Below are positions 47,647 to 56,567 of a stretch of DNA of 64,000 bases, in pieces. The notes under the pieces are model-generated. The model was not told the origin of the DNA, made no database searches, and was given only the letters and a program-made list of their open reading frames with translations. A program made the position numbers and the translations under genes. The DNA is taken from NCBI GenBank assembly GCA_963778025.1, contig CAVZTA010000003.1:225544-289543 (forward strand), read 5' to 3'. How positions within the stretch are numbered: the first letter of the stretch is position 1; every line of letters starts with the position of its first letter. Origin of the DNA: an uncultured Chloroflexia bacterium (GTDB lineage Bacteria > Chloroflexota > Limnocylindria > Limnocylindrales > CSP1-4).

Positions 47647-48108
47647 ATGGAGCCATTCAGCACCGGGATCGCATTGATGGCGCTATTCGTTTCCGCAATT
47701 TCGCTCATTCTGTCGTGGCGGTCGGAAGTGCAACGGCGAAAGGCCGAAGATTTGCGAGATCTACTCGGCGAGAAGGAGACAGTCGGTTTCGCCGCACTCA
47801 GGCTGTTGAGGGAAGGCCTGCCGACGAGTGACAAGAGGGCCCGAGCTCTCGTCATAGATGCAGTGATGCAAGCGTGCGTCCTTGAGGGCTCTGACCGATC
47901 GCGGGCGCTGCTGTTTCGCGTTCTGGAGATAAATTGCGCCGTATACGGGAAGGAGCTGACGGCCACCCTCGACGGGATTGAACACGCCTATACATCGATG
48001 GCCGCCTACCGATTTGACGCTAAGGAGCTGGATCTCGCGAACGGTCGGCTTCGACTTGGGGCCGCGCGAAAGATCCTTGATGCCTGCGGCGCTGCGTCCC
48101 GTACCTAG
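47647..48108 (+). CDS. hypothetical N-terminally TM-anchored helical protein (153 aa)
   Basis: GGGGAG RBS 8 nt before ATG 47647. MEPFSTGIALMALFVSAISLILSW TM helix, then a helical region. The lowest-GC gene of the window by eye. Confidence 0.55.
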   Translation: MEPFSTGIALMALFVSAISLILSWRSEVQRRKAEDLRDLLGEKETVGFAALRLLREGLPTSDKRARALVIDAVMQACVLEGSDRSRALLFRVLEINCAVYGKELTATLDGIEHAYTSMAAYRFDAKELDLANGRLRLGAARKILDACGAASRT

Positions 48109-48336
48109 CAGTGGTCAGTCTGGCGGCTTCACCACTATCACCAGTTCGTGTTCAGCCGCGCGGCTGATGGCGCGCGTGTCGTTCCCAGGCTGGCATTCGC
48201 GTTCGTAGACTGCCGCGACGCGCCCGGACGGCGAGGCGACCGCTAAGTAGCTCCACAGGACCGGAGATCGTGTCGGCCCACGTGACGCCAGCCGCCGAGG
48301 CGAACGGTCTGGCGCTCGCGCTTCCCGAGGTGGTTA

Positions 48337-48414
48337 TGGCGCGCCCGGAGGGATTTCGAACCCCCGACCCCGTGGTCCGAAGCCACGTGCTCTGGTCCGC
48401 TGAGCTACGGGCGC
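48337..48414 (-). tRNA. tRNA-Arg (anticodon UCG), CCA encoded, 8-nt T-loop as assembled
   Basis: Reverse complement folds as GCGCCCG TA GCTC AGCGGACCA GAGC A CGTGG CTTCGGA CCACG GGGTC GGGGG TTCGAAAT CCCTC CGGGCGC G CCA. The anticodon loop CTTCGGA gives UCG. Confidence 0.9.
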
Positions 48415-48499
48415 GCGGACCGCGGATGATACAGGCTCGTTCCGCAGCACCCGGTCGGAACCATGGCCAACGGCGCGCTCGATGCGCGAGACTGTCGCC

Positions 48500-50146
48500 A
48501 TGGCCATCGATCCGCGGGCCGGGAAGCCCGCTGACCCGTCGATGCTGGTCGACGTCGACCGGCTGATCGCCGCCTACTACGACGCGAAGCCCGATCCCTC
48601 GATCCCGGAACAGCGCGTGGCATTCGGGACGAGCGGGCATCGTGGGTCGTCACTGAAGACCTCGTTCAACGAGGGCCACATCCTCGCCGCGAGTGCGGCC
48701 GTCGCGCGATATCGGCGGAGCCACGGGATCGACGGGCCCTTGTTCATGGCCCTGGACACCCACGCCCTGTCGATGCCGGCCTATCGGACGGCGCTCGAGG
48801 TCCTCGCGGCGGCCGGGGTCGACGTCCTGCTCCAGCCGGACGACGAGGTGGCACCGACCCCGGCGCTGAGCCACGCGATCCTGACCTATAACCGCGACCG
48901 GTCGACCGGTCTCGCCGACGGCATCGTCGTGACCCCGTCGCACAACCCGCCCGAGGACGGTGGCTTCAAGTACAACCCGCCGACGGGCGGCCCGGCCGAC
49001 ACCGACATCACCGGCTGGATCCAGGACGAGGCGAATGAACTTCTCAAGTCCGGACTTGCAGAAGTCAAGCGAACACGATGGGAGCAGGCTCGGCCGAGTG
49101 CCGGGAGCTACGACTTCCGTGCGAACTACGTCAACGACCTCGGCTCGGTCATCGACCTCGAGGCCATCGCGTCGTCCGGCCTGCGTATCGGCGTGGATCC
49201 CATGGGCGGGGCGTCGGTCGACTACTGGCCGCTCATCGCCGAGCGCTACCGGCTCGACCTGACGGTCACCAACTCGACGGTCGACCCGCAGTTCGGCTTC
49301 ATGACGGTCGACTGGGACGGCCGCATCCGGATGGACCCGTCATCGCCGTCCGCGATGGCACGGCTCGTGGAGCTGCGCGACCGGTTCGATGTCGCGTTCG
49401 GCAACGACACGGACGCTGACCGGCACGGCATCGTCACCCCGTCGGCCGGCCTGATGAACCCGAACCACTTCCTCGCGGTGTGCATCGCCTACCTGTTCGG
49501 CGGGGCGCGCGGGTGGAGCACCGAGGTGGCGGTCGGCAAGACGCTCGTCTCGTCCGCGATGATCGACCGCGTGACGGCTGACCTCGGGCGGCGGCTGCTC
49601 GAGGTGCCAGTCGGGTTCAAGTGGTTCGTCGCCGGGTTGATCGACGGCTCGGTCGGGTTCGGCGGCGAGGAGAGCGCCGGCGCGAGCTTCCTGCGGCGCG
49701 ACGGGACGGTCTGGACGACCGACAAGGACGGACTCATCCCGGCGCTCCTTGCCGCGGAGATGACGGCGCGAACCGGCGGTGACCCCGGCGTCACGTACGA
49801 CGAGCTGACGAAGCGCTTCGGCGCGCCCGCCTACAGGCGCGTGGACGCGCCCGCGTCGCCGGCCGAGAAGGCGATCCTCGCGAAGCTCTCGCCCGACGCC
49901 GTTCGGGCGGAATCGCTCGCCGGCGACCCGATCACCGCGATCCTCACCACGGCGCCAGGCAACGGCGCGCCCATCGGCGGCCTCAAGGTCCAGACCGGTC
50001 AGGGCTGGTTCGCCGCCCGGCCGTCGGGCACGGAGAACGTCTACAAGGTCTACGCGGAGAGCTTTCGCGGCGAGGAGCATCTCGCCCGGCTCATCGAGGA
50101 GGCCCAGGGTGTCGTGAGCGCGGCACTCGGCGCGGCAGTGGCGTAG
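48500..50146 (+). CDS. pgm: phosphoglucomutase, alpha-D-glucose phosphate-specific
   Basis: ORF 48482..50146, ATG 48500: [77 protein letters not shown]. Confidence 0.95.
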   Translation: MAIDPRAGKPADPSMLVDVDRLIAAYYDAKPDPSIPEQRVAFGTSGHRGSSLKTSFNEGHILAASAAVARYRRSHGIDGPLFMALDTHALSMPAYRTALEVLAAAGVDVLLQPDDEVAPTPALSHAILTYNRDRSTGLADGIVVTPSHNPPEDGGFKYNPPTGGPADTDITGWIQDEANELLKSGLAEVKRTRWEQARPSAGSYDFRANYVNDLGSVIDLEAIASSGLRIGVDPMGGASVDYWPLIAERYRLDLTVTNSTVDPQFGFMTVDWDGRIRMDPSSPSAMARLVELRDRFDVAFGNDTDADRHGIVTPSAGLMNPNHFLAVCIAYLFGGARGWSTEVAVGKTLVSSAMIDRVTADLGRRLLEVPVGFKWFVAGLIDGSVGFGGEESAGASFLRRDGTVWTTDKDGLIPALLAAEMTARTGGDPGVTYDELTKRFGAPAYRRVDAPASPAEKAILAKLSPDAVRAESLAGDPITAILTTAPGNGAPIGGLKVQTGQGWFAARPSGTENVYKVYAESFRGEEHLARLIEEAQGVVSAALGAAVA

Positions 50147-50150
50147 CGAG

Positions 50151-51355
50151 GTGGAGGCGCTGCTGCTCACGAACGAGTACCCGCCGAACGTCTACGGCGG
50201 GGCCGGCGTCCACGTCGAGTACCTCGCGCGCGAGCTCGCGAAGCTCATCGAGGTCGACGTGCGCTCGTTCGGCGAGCAGGACGAGAAGTCGGGGTCGCTG
50301 CGCGTTCGGGGCTACGGCGTGCCGCTCGACCTCTCGACGACGGCCGACAACCTGAAGCCGGTGTTCGGCGCGTTCGGGCGCGACCTCGCGTGGGTCGCCG
50401 ACCCCGTCACCGCCGACCTCGTGCACGTGCACACGTGGTACGCGCATCTGGGCGGGATCCTCGCGAAGCTGGCGTACGGGATCCGCTCGTGCTCACCGTG
50501 CACTCGCTCGAGCCGCTGCGGCCGTGGAAGCGCGAGCAGCTCGGCGGCGGGTACGACGCATCGGCGTGGGTCGAGCGGACGGCGATCGAGCTGGCCGACG
50601 CGGTCATCGCGGTGTCCAAGGAGACGCGCGAGGACGTGCTGCGGCTGTTCTCGGTCGACGAGGCCAAGGTCCACGTGATCCACAACGGCATCGATACCGA
50701 GGAGTACCGACCGCAGACGGCGACCGACGCGCTCGAGCGGTTCGGGGTCGGGCTCGATCGGCCGTACGCGTTGTTCGTGGGCCGGATCACGCGCCAGAAG
50801 GGGATCATCCACCTGGTCCGGGCGATCCGGCATCTGCCGACCGAGACCGCCGTGGTGCTGGTGGCCGGCGCGCCGGACACCAAGGAGATCGCGGCCGAGA
50901 TGGCGGCGGCGGTCGAGGAGGCGCGGACGACCCACCCGCACATCACGTGGATCGCGGAGATGGTCGACAAGCCGTCGATGCGGCAGCTCTATTCGCACGC
51001 GGCGGTGTTCGTGTGCCCGTCGGTGTACGAGCCGTTCGGGATCATCAACCTCGAGGCGATGGCGTGCGAGACGGCGGTCGTGGCCAGCGCGGTCGGCGGT
51101 ATCCCGGAGGTCGTCGTGCCCGGCGAGACGGGGCTGCTCGTGCCGTTCGAGGCGGCGGGTGGGACGTCGTTCGAGCCGAGCGATCCGGATCGGTTCGAGC
51201 GCGACCTGGCGGCCGCGATCGAGGAGCTGATGGACGACCCGGCGCGCCGCGAGGCGATGGGTCGCGCGGGTCGCCAGCGGGCGGTCGAGCACTTCGGCTG
51301 GGATGCGATCGCGCGTCGGACGGTCGACCTGTACCGGACGCTCGTCCCGGGTTGA
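50151..51355 (+). CDS. glgM: GT4 alpha-glucan synthase of the actinobacterial GlgM/GlgA type (1-nt deletion-like frame change near 50481-50485)
   Basis: ORF 50151..50678: LLLTNEYPPNVYGGAGVHVEYLA..VHVHTWYAHLGGILAKLAYGI. It continues in ORF 50390..51355: LVLTVHSLEPLRPWKREQLGGGY..FVGRITRQKG..VCPSVYEPFGIINLEAMA..VGGIPEVV. Confidence 0.85.
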
Positions 51356-51438
51356 CCCCGCGCCGGGTGGTAGGCGAGCGATGCGGGGCGCCGGCACCAC
51401 CCCGGGTGGTGCGCCCGCGCGCGCGCCGCGTGCGATCG

Positions 51439-52863
51439 CTAGTGGCGGGCCATCCAGCGGGCGAGGCTCGGGCCTGACGGCGGCTTCTGCGAGCGGTCCG
51501 CCGCGGCGTCGATCCGGCCGAGGGCCCATTGCGCGTAGCGAACACCGATCCAGCGGAACGGCTCGGGCTCCCACGAGCGCGAGCGATGGCCGACCAGCGG
51601 CAAGTCCGTCCGTTCCGACTGCTGGTCCGTCAGCAGCTCGGCCAGCGTCCGCCCAGCGAGGTTCGCCGTCGATACGCCGTGGCCGATGTACCCGCGCGCC
51701 GACGCGACACCGGACGCACGGTCGAACGTGATCGACGGGTGCCAGTCCCGCGGCATCCCCAGCGGCCCGCCCCAGGCATGGGTGAAGCGCACATCGCGGA
51801 GTGTCGGGAACCAGGCACGCACGAAGCCGCGCAGCATCTCGTGGGTCGGGGCGTGACGGTCGTACGCGTCGCGGATCGGCGACCCGAAGCGGTACGGCGC
51901 ACCGCGCCCGCCGAACAGGATCCGACCGTCCTCGGTCCGCGACAGGTAATCGACCGACAGCCGCGTCGACGCCAGCGTCTCGCGCTCCGTCCAGCCGATC
52001 TCCTGCCACTGGGCGTCCGACAACGGCTCGGTCAGGACGATCAGCGAGTACACCGGGATGAGCTGCCGATGCAGTCGCGGGAAGCGCGTGAGATAGGCCT
52101 CGCCCGCCAGCACGATCGCCGAGGCGCGCACATCGCCGCGGTTCGTCCGCAACACGGCCCGCCCGCCGGTCGCGGGTGAGGACGGCGACCAGTCGACCAC
52201 CGGCGTTCCTTCGACGATCCGGCCGCCAAGCCGCTCGACCAGCCGTGCCAGCCCGCGTGCCAGCCGCCCGGGATGGATGACCGACGAGTCCGGCGTGTAG
52301 ATGCCGCGCACGACGCCGGCGACGCGCACCCGCTCGGAGACCTCCGGCCCGCTCAGCAGCTGGTAGCGCTCGCCGAAGCCGTACCGGACGTACTCCTCGT
52401 AGCTCTCCTCGATCGCCGGCACCTGGTGCGCTCCGCGGGCGACGACCAGCGCGCCGCCGCGATGCCAGCCCGAGTCGAGCCCTTCCTCGCGCGACACCCG
52501 TCCGACCTCGTCGACCGCGGCGTAGGTCGCCGCCTGCGTCCGAGCCGCGGCCTCCCGGCCGTGGAGTCTCGCGAGCCGATCCATCGAGATGTTGAGGTCG
52601 GGCGCGCACCACGCCCCGTTCCGCCCGGACGCCCCGAACCCGGCGGTCTCGGCCTCGACGACCAGCACCCGCAGCGACGGGTCGTGGCGGAGCAGGTAGT
52701 ACGCGGTCCACAGCCCGGTGTAGCCCGCTCCGAGGATCGCGATGTCGACGTCGACCGATCCATCGAGCGGCGGGCGCGGCGTCAGGTCGTCGCCGGAGGT
52801 CTCGAGCCAGAACGAGACCTCGCTCGGCTTCAGCGTCGACGGCTGGACATCCACGACGGGCAC
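51439..52863 (-). CDS. FAD-dependent oxidoreductase (DAO family)
   Basis: ORF 51439..53283(-): VDIAILGAGYTGLWTAYYLL, ETAGFGASGRNGAW. Start uncertain (GTG 52863 or 52854, or ATG 53001). Confidence 0.8.
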   Translation of the reverse strand: MPVVDVQPSTLKPSEVSFWLETSGDDLTPRPPLDGSVDVDIAILGAGYTGLWTAYYLLRHDPSLRVLVVEAETAGFGASGRNGAWCAPDLNISMDRLARLHGREAAARTQAATYAAVDEVGRVSREEGLDSGWHRGGALVVARGAHQVPAIEESYEEYVRYGFGERYQLLSGPEVSERVRVAGVVRGIYTPDSSVIHPGRLARGLARLVERLGGRIVEGTPVVDWSPSSPATGGRAVLRTNRGDVRASAIVLAGEAYLTRFPRLHRQLIPVYSLIVLTEPLSDAQWQEIGWTERETLASTRLSVDYLSRTEDGRILFGGRGAPYRFGSPIRDAYDRHAPTHEMLRGFVRAWFPTLRDVRFTHAWGGPLGMPRDWHPSITFDRASGVASARGYIGHGVSTANLAGRTLAELLTDQQSERTDLPLVGHRSRSWEPEPFRWIGVRYAQWALGRIDAAADRSQKPPSGPSLARWMARH

Positions 52864-52932
52864 GCTAGCCGGGATCCGACCGTCCGTGTGGGCTGGTTGC
52901 GAGAAGCAGCGGACGACGGCACACTCCCCGCC

Positions 52933-53871
52933 GTGCCCCGTCCCGCACGTCGTCGATCGGCGACGCGTCTCCGGACGCTCCCGTGGTCCGGCCGCGCTCA
53001 TCGGCGTCCTCGGCTTCGCGTCCGTGGCCCGCTCCTGGCCGCGCTCATCAGTGCGGTCGTCCTCGCGTTCGTCATCCCGTTCCTCGGGCAGCGCGCGCAC
53101 GTCGACGATCCGCTCGTCGGTCCGGGGGAGGCCGTCGGGTTCCAGGCAACGCCCACGCCGATCGCGACCGCTCCGCCCGCGCAGCCGGCCGCGCCACCGA
53201 CGGCCCCGCCGCCGACGGCCGCGCCGCGGGTCGCCTCGGTGGACCCGGGCCCGGACGATGTCCGGAACGCGCGGGCGGTCCACCTCGCGATGGCGCCGCT
53301 GCCCCCGTCGGTCCTCATCGGCTATGTCTGGCCGATCCCGAAGAGCCGCCTGACGCAGCCGTTCGGCGTGTCACCGTTCGGCGGCGGCGTCTACGAGGGG
53401 AAGCCGTTCCACGACGGCCTCGACCTCGCCACGTTCTGCGGCGACAAGGTCGTCGCGGCGCATGCCGGGACGGTGATCGCGGTCGGCCGACGGTTCGACG
53501 AGTGGATCGGCTGGCGGGGCAGCCTCGAGCGGTACCAGCTGCGCCTCACGAAGCTGCACCTCTGGAGGACGCTGCCGATCGTCGTCGTCATCGACGATGG
53601 CAACGGCTACCGCAGCATCTATGCGCACTTCGAGCGAACGACCGTGAAGCGCGGTCAGGTGGTGGAAGCGGGCCAGCTGATCGGCTACGAAGGGGCGTCA
53701 GGGCACGCGAGCGGCTGCCATCTCCACTACGGCCTGTTCTCGCCGGCGGAGAGCCGCACGTTCACCGTCGACCCCAAGGCCGTGAAGAAGATGCTGCTGC
53801 CGCATCACCAGACGATGCGCATCGACCCGCTGCTCGTCCTGCCGCAGCGGAACGACCTCGACCTCGACTGA
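52933..53871 (+). CDS. membrane-anchored M23-family metallopeptidase
   Basis: C-terminal part of ORF 52273..53871: TM LLAALISAVVLAFVIPFL, Pro/Ala linker, HDGLDLA, YRSIYAHF, GASGHASGCHLHYGLF. Start GTG 52933 (alternative 52888). Confidence 0.85.
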   Translation: MPRPARRRSATRLRTLPWSGRAHRRPRLRVRGPLLAALISAVVLAFVIPFLGQRAHVDDPLVGPGEAVGFQATPTPIATAPPAQPAAPPTAPPPTAAPRVASVDPGPDDVRNARAVHLAMAPLPPSVLIGYVWPIPKSRLTQPFGVSPFGGGVYEGKPFHDGLDLATFCGDKVVAAHAGTVIAVGRRFDEWIGWRGSLERYQLRLTKLHLWRTLPIVVVIDDGNGYRSIYAHFERTTVKRGQVVEAGQLIGYEGASGHASGCHLHYGLFSPAESRTFTVDPKAVKKMLLPHHQTMRIDPLLVLPQRNDLDLD

Positions 53872-53929
53872 GGGGTCGTCCGCCGGTCCACCGCTGGGTG
53901 GTGGCCGACCTGACCGAGGACCGACGAGC

Positions 53930-55384
53930 TCAGGCGATCCGTCGATAGCGCCGCGCGACCAGCGCGTATTTCGGGACCCGTGCCAGGGCCTCCGCGGCGG
54001 TCGGCCCCGGCGAGCCATCGCGCCGCTCGATCGCCAGCCGCGGATCCACGCCTGGCCGCGCTCGCCGCGCATCGACCGTGGCGAGGTCGCGGACCGTTCC
54101 CGGCTGGTCCGCCGGCCCCAGCTGCGCCAGCACCGACTCGTCCCAGACCCCGGTCTCGGACGTCGCGCGGACCACCGCCTCGGCGCGCCACGCCGGCCGG
54201 CGAAGGAGGATCCGCCGCCACGCCTCGCCCATCGGCGGCTCGACCGTCCCATCGCCCGGCCTCGGTGTCGCCGAGAGATGCTCGCCGCGCGCCCACAGCG
54301 CGGCCTGGTGGAGCAGCGCGTACTCGTCGAGGTCGGCGTAGTCGGCCAGTCGATCGGCCGGCGAGCCCTCGCCGAACAGCGCCCGGATCGACGGCCCGAA
54401 GACGTCCGCGAGGTCGAGGTCGATGGCCCGGACCGTCCGATGGAGGTACACGTGCTCGTACAGGAACAGGCGCGCCATGAGGAACTGCTCCAGCGCGCCC
54501 AGGCCCGACTCGTGGAGCGTGAGCCCGGTCGCGCCGATGAACGCGTAGCGCCGCAGCCGTTCGGGGTCGACGGGCCCGGTCGCGACGCCGGTCAGGTACG
54601 CGTCCCGTCGGACGTAGTCGAGGTTGTCGGCCGTGAACACGCCCGACAGCAGTGGCTGGAGCCAGCGCACCCAGGGCGGCATCGACGCGTCGTCGAGGGC
54701 GGGTTTCGAGATGAGGAACGCCACCCAGCGCGGGTCGATCGCCTCACCGTCCGCGAAGCGGTCGCGCTCCGCGACGGCGCCGGGCGCACGTCGCAGCCCG
54801 CGGATGAGCGCGCCCAGCTCGCGCTCGATGATGAGCTGGCTGAGGTCCTCGTGGGTGAGCGCCTTGGCACCCGTTCGCCGAGCGTCGACCGGGGCGGGGA
54901 AGGCGGCCAGCACGTGCTCGTCGAAGAAGTGGGCGAACGGCCCGTGGCCCACGTCGTGGAGCAGGCCGGCGACCCGCAGCGTTTCGACGACCAGCCCCTC
55001 GGTCGGGACACGGTCGCCGCCGGCACGCAGGGACGCAGCCAGCGAGGGATACAGCGTCCGCGCCCACAGCCCCGCCTCGTGCATCACGCCCAGACCGTGC
55101 GTGAACCGGGAGTGCTCGGCGGTCGGGAAGACCCAGCGCGCCGACTGCAGCTGGCTGACCCGGCGGAGCCGCTGCAGCCAAGCGGTGTCGAGCAGGTCCT
55201 CCTCGGCGACGTCCTCGTCGAGCAGCCCCGCGGCGCGGGTCTCGACCGGCGTCAGCCGCTTGGTGAGCTCGAGGTAGCCGTGGATGGGATCGGAGATGAG
55301 ATTGACGGCGGCGAACGGGTGCCGCCGCGGGGGACGTCCGGCCAGCCCGCTCAGGGCACCGCGATCCGGATCTCCTGCGACCAC
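53930..55384 (-). CDS. SAMHD1-like HD-domain (d)NTP triphosphohydrolase
   Basis: ORF 53930..55537(-), GTG 55384: ISDPIHGYLELT, WLQRLRRVSQLQSARWVFPTAEHSRFTHGLGVMH, LLHDVGHGPFAHFFD. Confidence 0.85.
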   Translation of the reverse strand: MVAGDPDRGALSGLAGRPPRRHPFAAVNLISDPIHGYLELTKRLTPVETRAAGLLDEDVAEEDLLDTAWLQRLRRVSQLQSARWVFPTAEHSRFTHGLGVMHEAGLWARTLYPSLAASLRAGGDRVPTEGLVVETLRVAGLLHDVGHGPFAHFFDEHVLAAFPAPVDARRTGAKALTHEDLSQLIIERELGALIRGLRRAPGAVAERDRFADGEAIDPRWVAFLISKPALDDASMPPWVRWLQPLLSGVFTADNLDYVRRDAYLTGVATGPVDPERLRRYAFIGATGLTLHESGLGALEQFLMARLFLYEHVYLHRTVRAIDLDLADVFGPSIRALFGEGSPADRLADYADLDEYALLHQAALWARGEHLSATPRPGDGTVEPPMGEAWRRILLRRPAWRAEAVVRATSETGVWDESVLAQLGPADQPGTVRDLATVDARRARPGVDPRLAIERRDGSPGPTAAEALARVPKYALVARRYRRIA

Positions 55385-55451
55385 GCCGAGACGGTACCGC
55401 CTCGGTCGCGCGGCCGTGGGTGGCGGTGTGTCCCCGCATCCACCCCGATGC

Positions 55452-56549
55452 TCAGGCCTCGTACCGGGACAGGGCTCTCCGCAGCCGGGCCGTGACGTCG
55501 TCGCGGAGCTCCGTGGGCTCCAGGACCTCGACCTCATCGCCCCACGAGAGGACCCACAGTCGGACCTCGATCGTGCCGGCGACGCGTGCCGTCCAGCGGA
55601 GCGAGCCGTCCGCCTCCTCGCGGACCGCCTGCGTCGGATGCCAGGTCGCCTCCTGCACCCGGGCGGCGACCGACGGCGCGAACCGCAGCACCACGGTCAC
55701 CTCGTCCTGGTCGCCGATGATGTCCCAGGCGCGGCGCAGGACGCGCTCCAGGTCGCCCGCGTCCGGCGCGTCGAAGCGGTCGTTCGTGACGCGCAGGTCG
55801 ACGATCCGTTCGATCTTGAAGGTGCGCATCGCGTCGCGGGTCTCGTCGAGGCCCATCAGGTACAGCGCATGGGTCGTGAGCGACGGCTGGAGCAGGTACG
55901 GCCGAACGCGAGCGAGCCGTGGCTCGCGGTCGACACCGTCGTACGTGGCCGGGGTGTAGCGGAACTCGACGACGCGGCGGTCGGCCCACGCCTGGGTCAG
56001 GTCGGCCAACCGACGGTTGAACGCCGCGTCCACGCCCCGTTCCGAGAGCACCGCCACCGCCCGCTCGACGTGCTCCCGGAGCGCCTCGGGCAGGCCCGCC
56101 TCCAGCTTCTGGAACGCCGAGGCGAGGTTCGGGTCGTACCGGTCGGCATAGCGCGTCATGAGCCGTGCCGACAGGACGACCGCCATCGCCTCCTGGGTCG
56201 TCAGCCGGAGCGGCGGCAGGAATGCGCCCGCCTCGACCCCCCAGCGACCGTCCTCGCTCCACACCGGGATGCCGAGCTCGCCCTCGATCGCCCGGAGGTC
56301 GCGATAGACGGTGCGCACGGCCATGTCGGTCTGGCGCGCGATCTCCTGCGGCTTGACGCCCTGCTCGCCGTACGCCTCCAGGATGTGGACGACCCGCAGC
56401 AGGCGAGCGGTCTTGTCGCGCTTCGCGCGGACGCGGTCGCTCGGGTCCGCCGGCTCGAGCTCCGGTTCGGCGTCGGGATCGGTGTCGGAATCGGTGTCGA
56501 AGTCGTCGGGGTCGTCGAGTCCTGCGAGGTCGGCGGGCTGGTCGCGCAT
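55452..56549 (-). CDS. HTH-WYL-WCX transcriptional regulator (PafBC-like) with acidic N-terminal tail
   Basis: ORF 55452..56549(-): DDPDDFDTDSDTDPDAEPELEP, RLLRVVHILEAYGEQGVKPQEIARQTDMAVRTVYRDLRAIE. WYL region VEFRYTP..RVRPYLLQPSLTTHALYLMG. Confidence 0.85.
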   Translation of the reverse strand: MRDQPADLAGLDDPDDFDTDSDTDPDAEPELEPADPSDRVRAKRDKTARLLRVVHILEAYGEQGVKPQEIARQTDMAVRTVYRDLRAIEGELGIPVWSEDGRWGVEAGAFLPPLRLTTQEAMAVVLSARLMTRYADRYDPNLASAFQKLEAGLPEALREHVERAVAVLSERGVDAAFNRRLADLTQAWADRRVVEFRYTPATYDGVDREPRLARVRPYLLQPSLTTHALYLMGLDETRDAMRTFKIERIVDLRVTNDRFDAPDAGDLERVLRRAWDIIGDQDEVTVVLRFAPSVAARVQEATWHPTQAVREEADGSLRWTARVAGTIEVRLWVLSWGDEVEVLEPTELRDDVTARLRRALSRYEA

Positions 56550-56567
56550 CGACCCGAGCCTACCCGT

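Larger units (their letters stand above)
41735..48336. mobile_element. tRNA-Arg-associated integrative island (probably two tandem elements); the left limit may extend to about 41226
   Basis: Visibly lower GC and GC3 than both flanks. Two same-orientation tyrosine recombinase copies. The tRNA 3' end faces the island. A truncated gene sits at the left junction. All cargo is uncharacterised. Confidence 0.6.

Noticed and set aside
51363-51405. Imperfect hairpin CCGGGTGGT..ACCACCCCGG between the convergent glgM and oxidoreductase genes
   Set aside because: It has a bulged stem, a 24-nt loop and no U-tract. It may be a bidirectional terminator but is not well supported.
50312-52711. 799-aa minus-strand ORF
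   Set aside because: It is antisense to glgM and out of frame with the FAD oxidoreductase. It is Arg/Pro/Gly-rich with no motifs.
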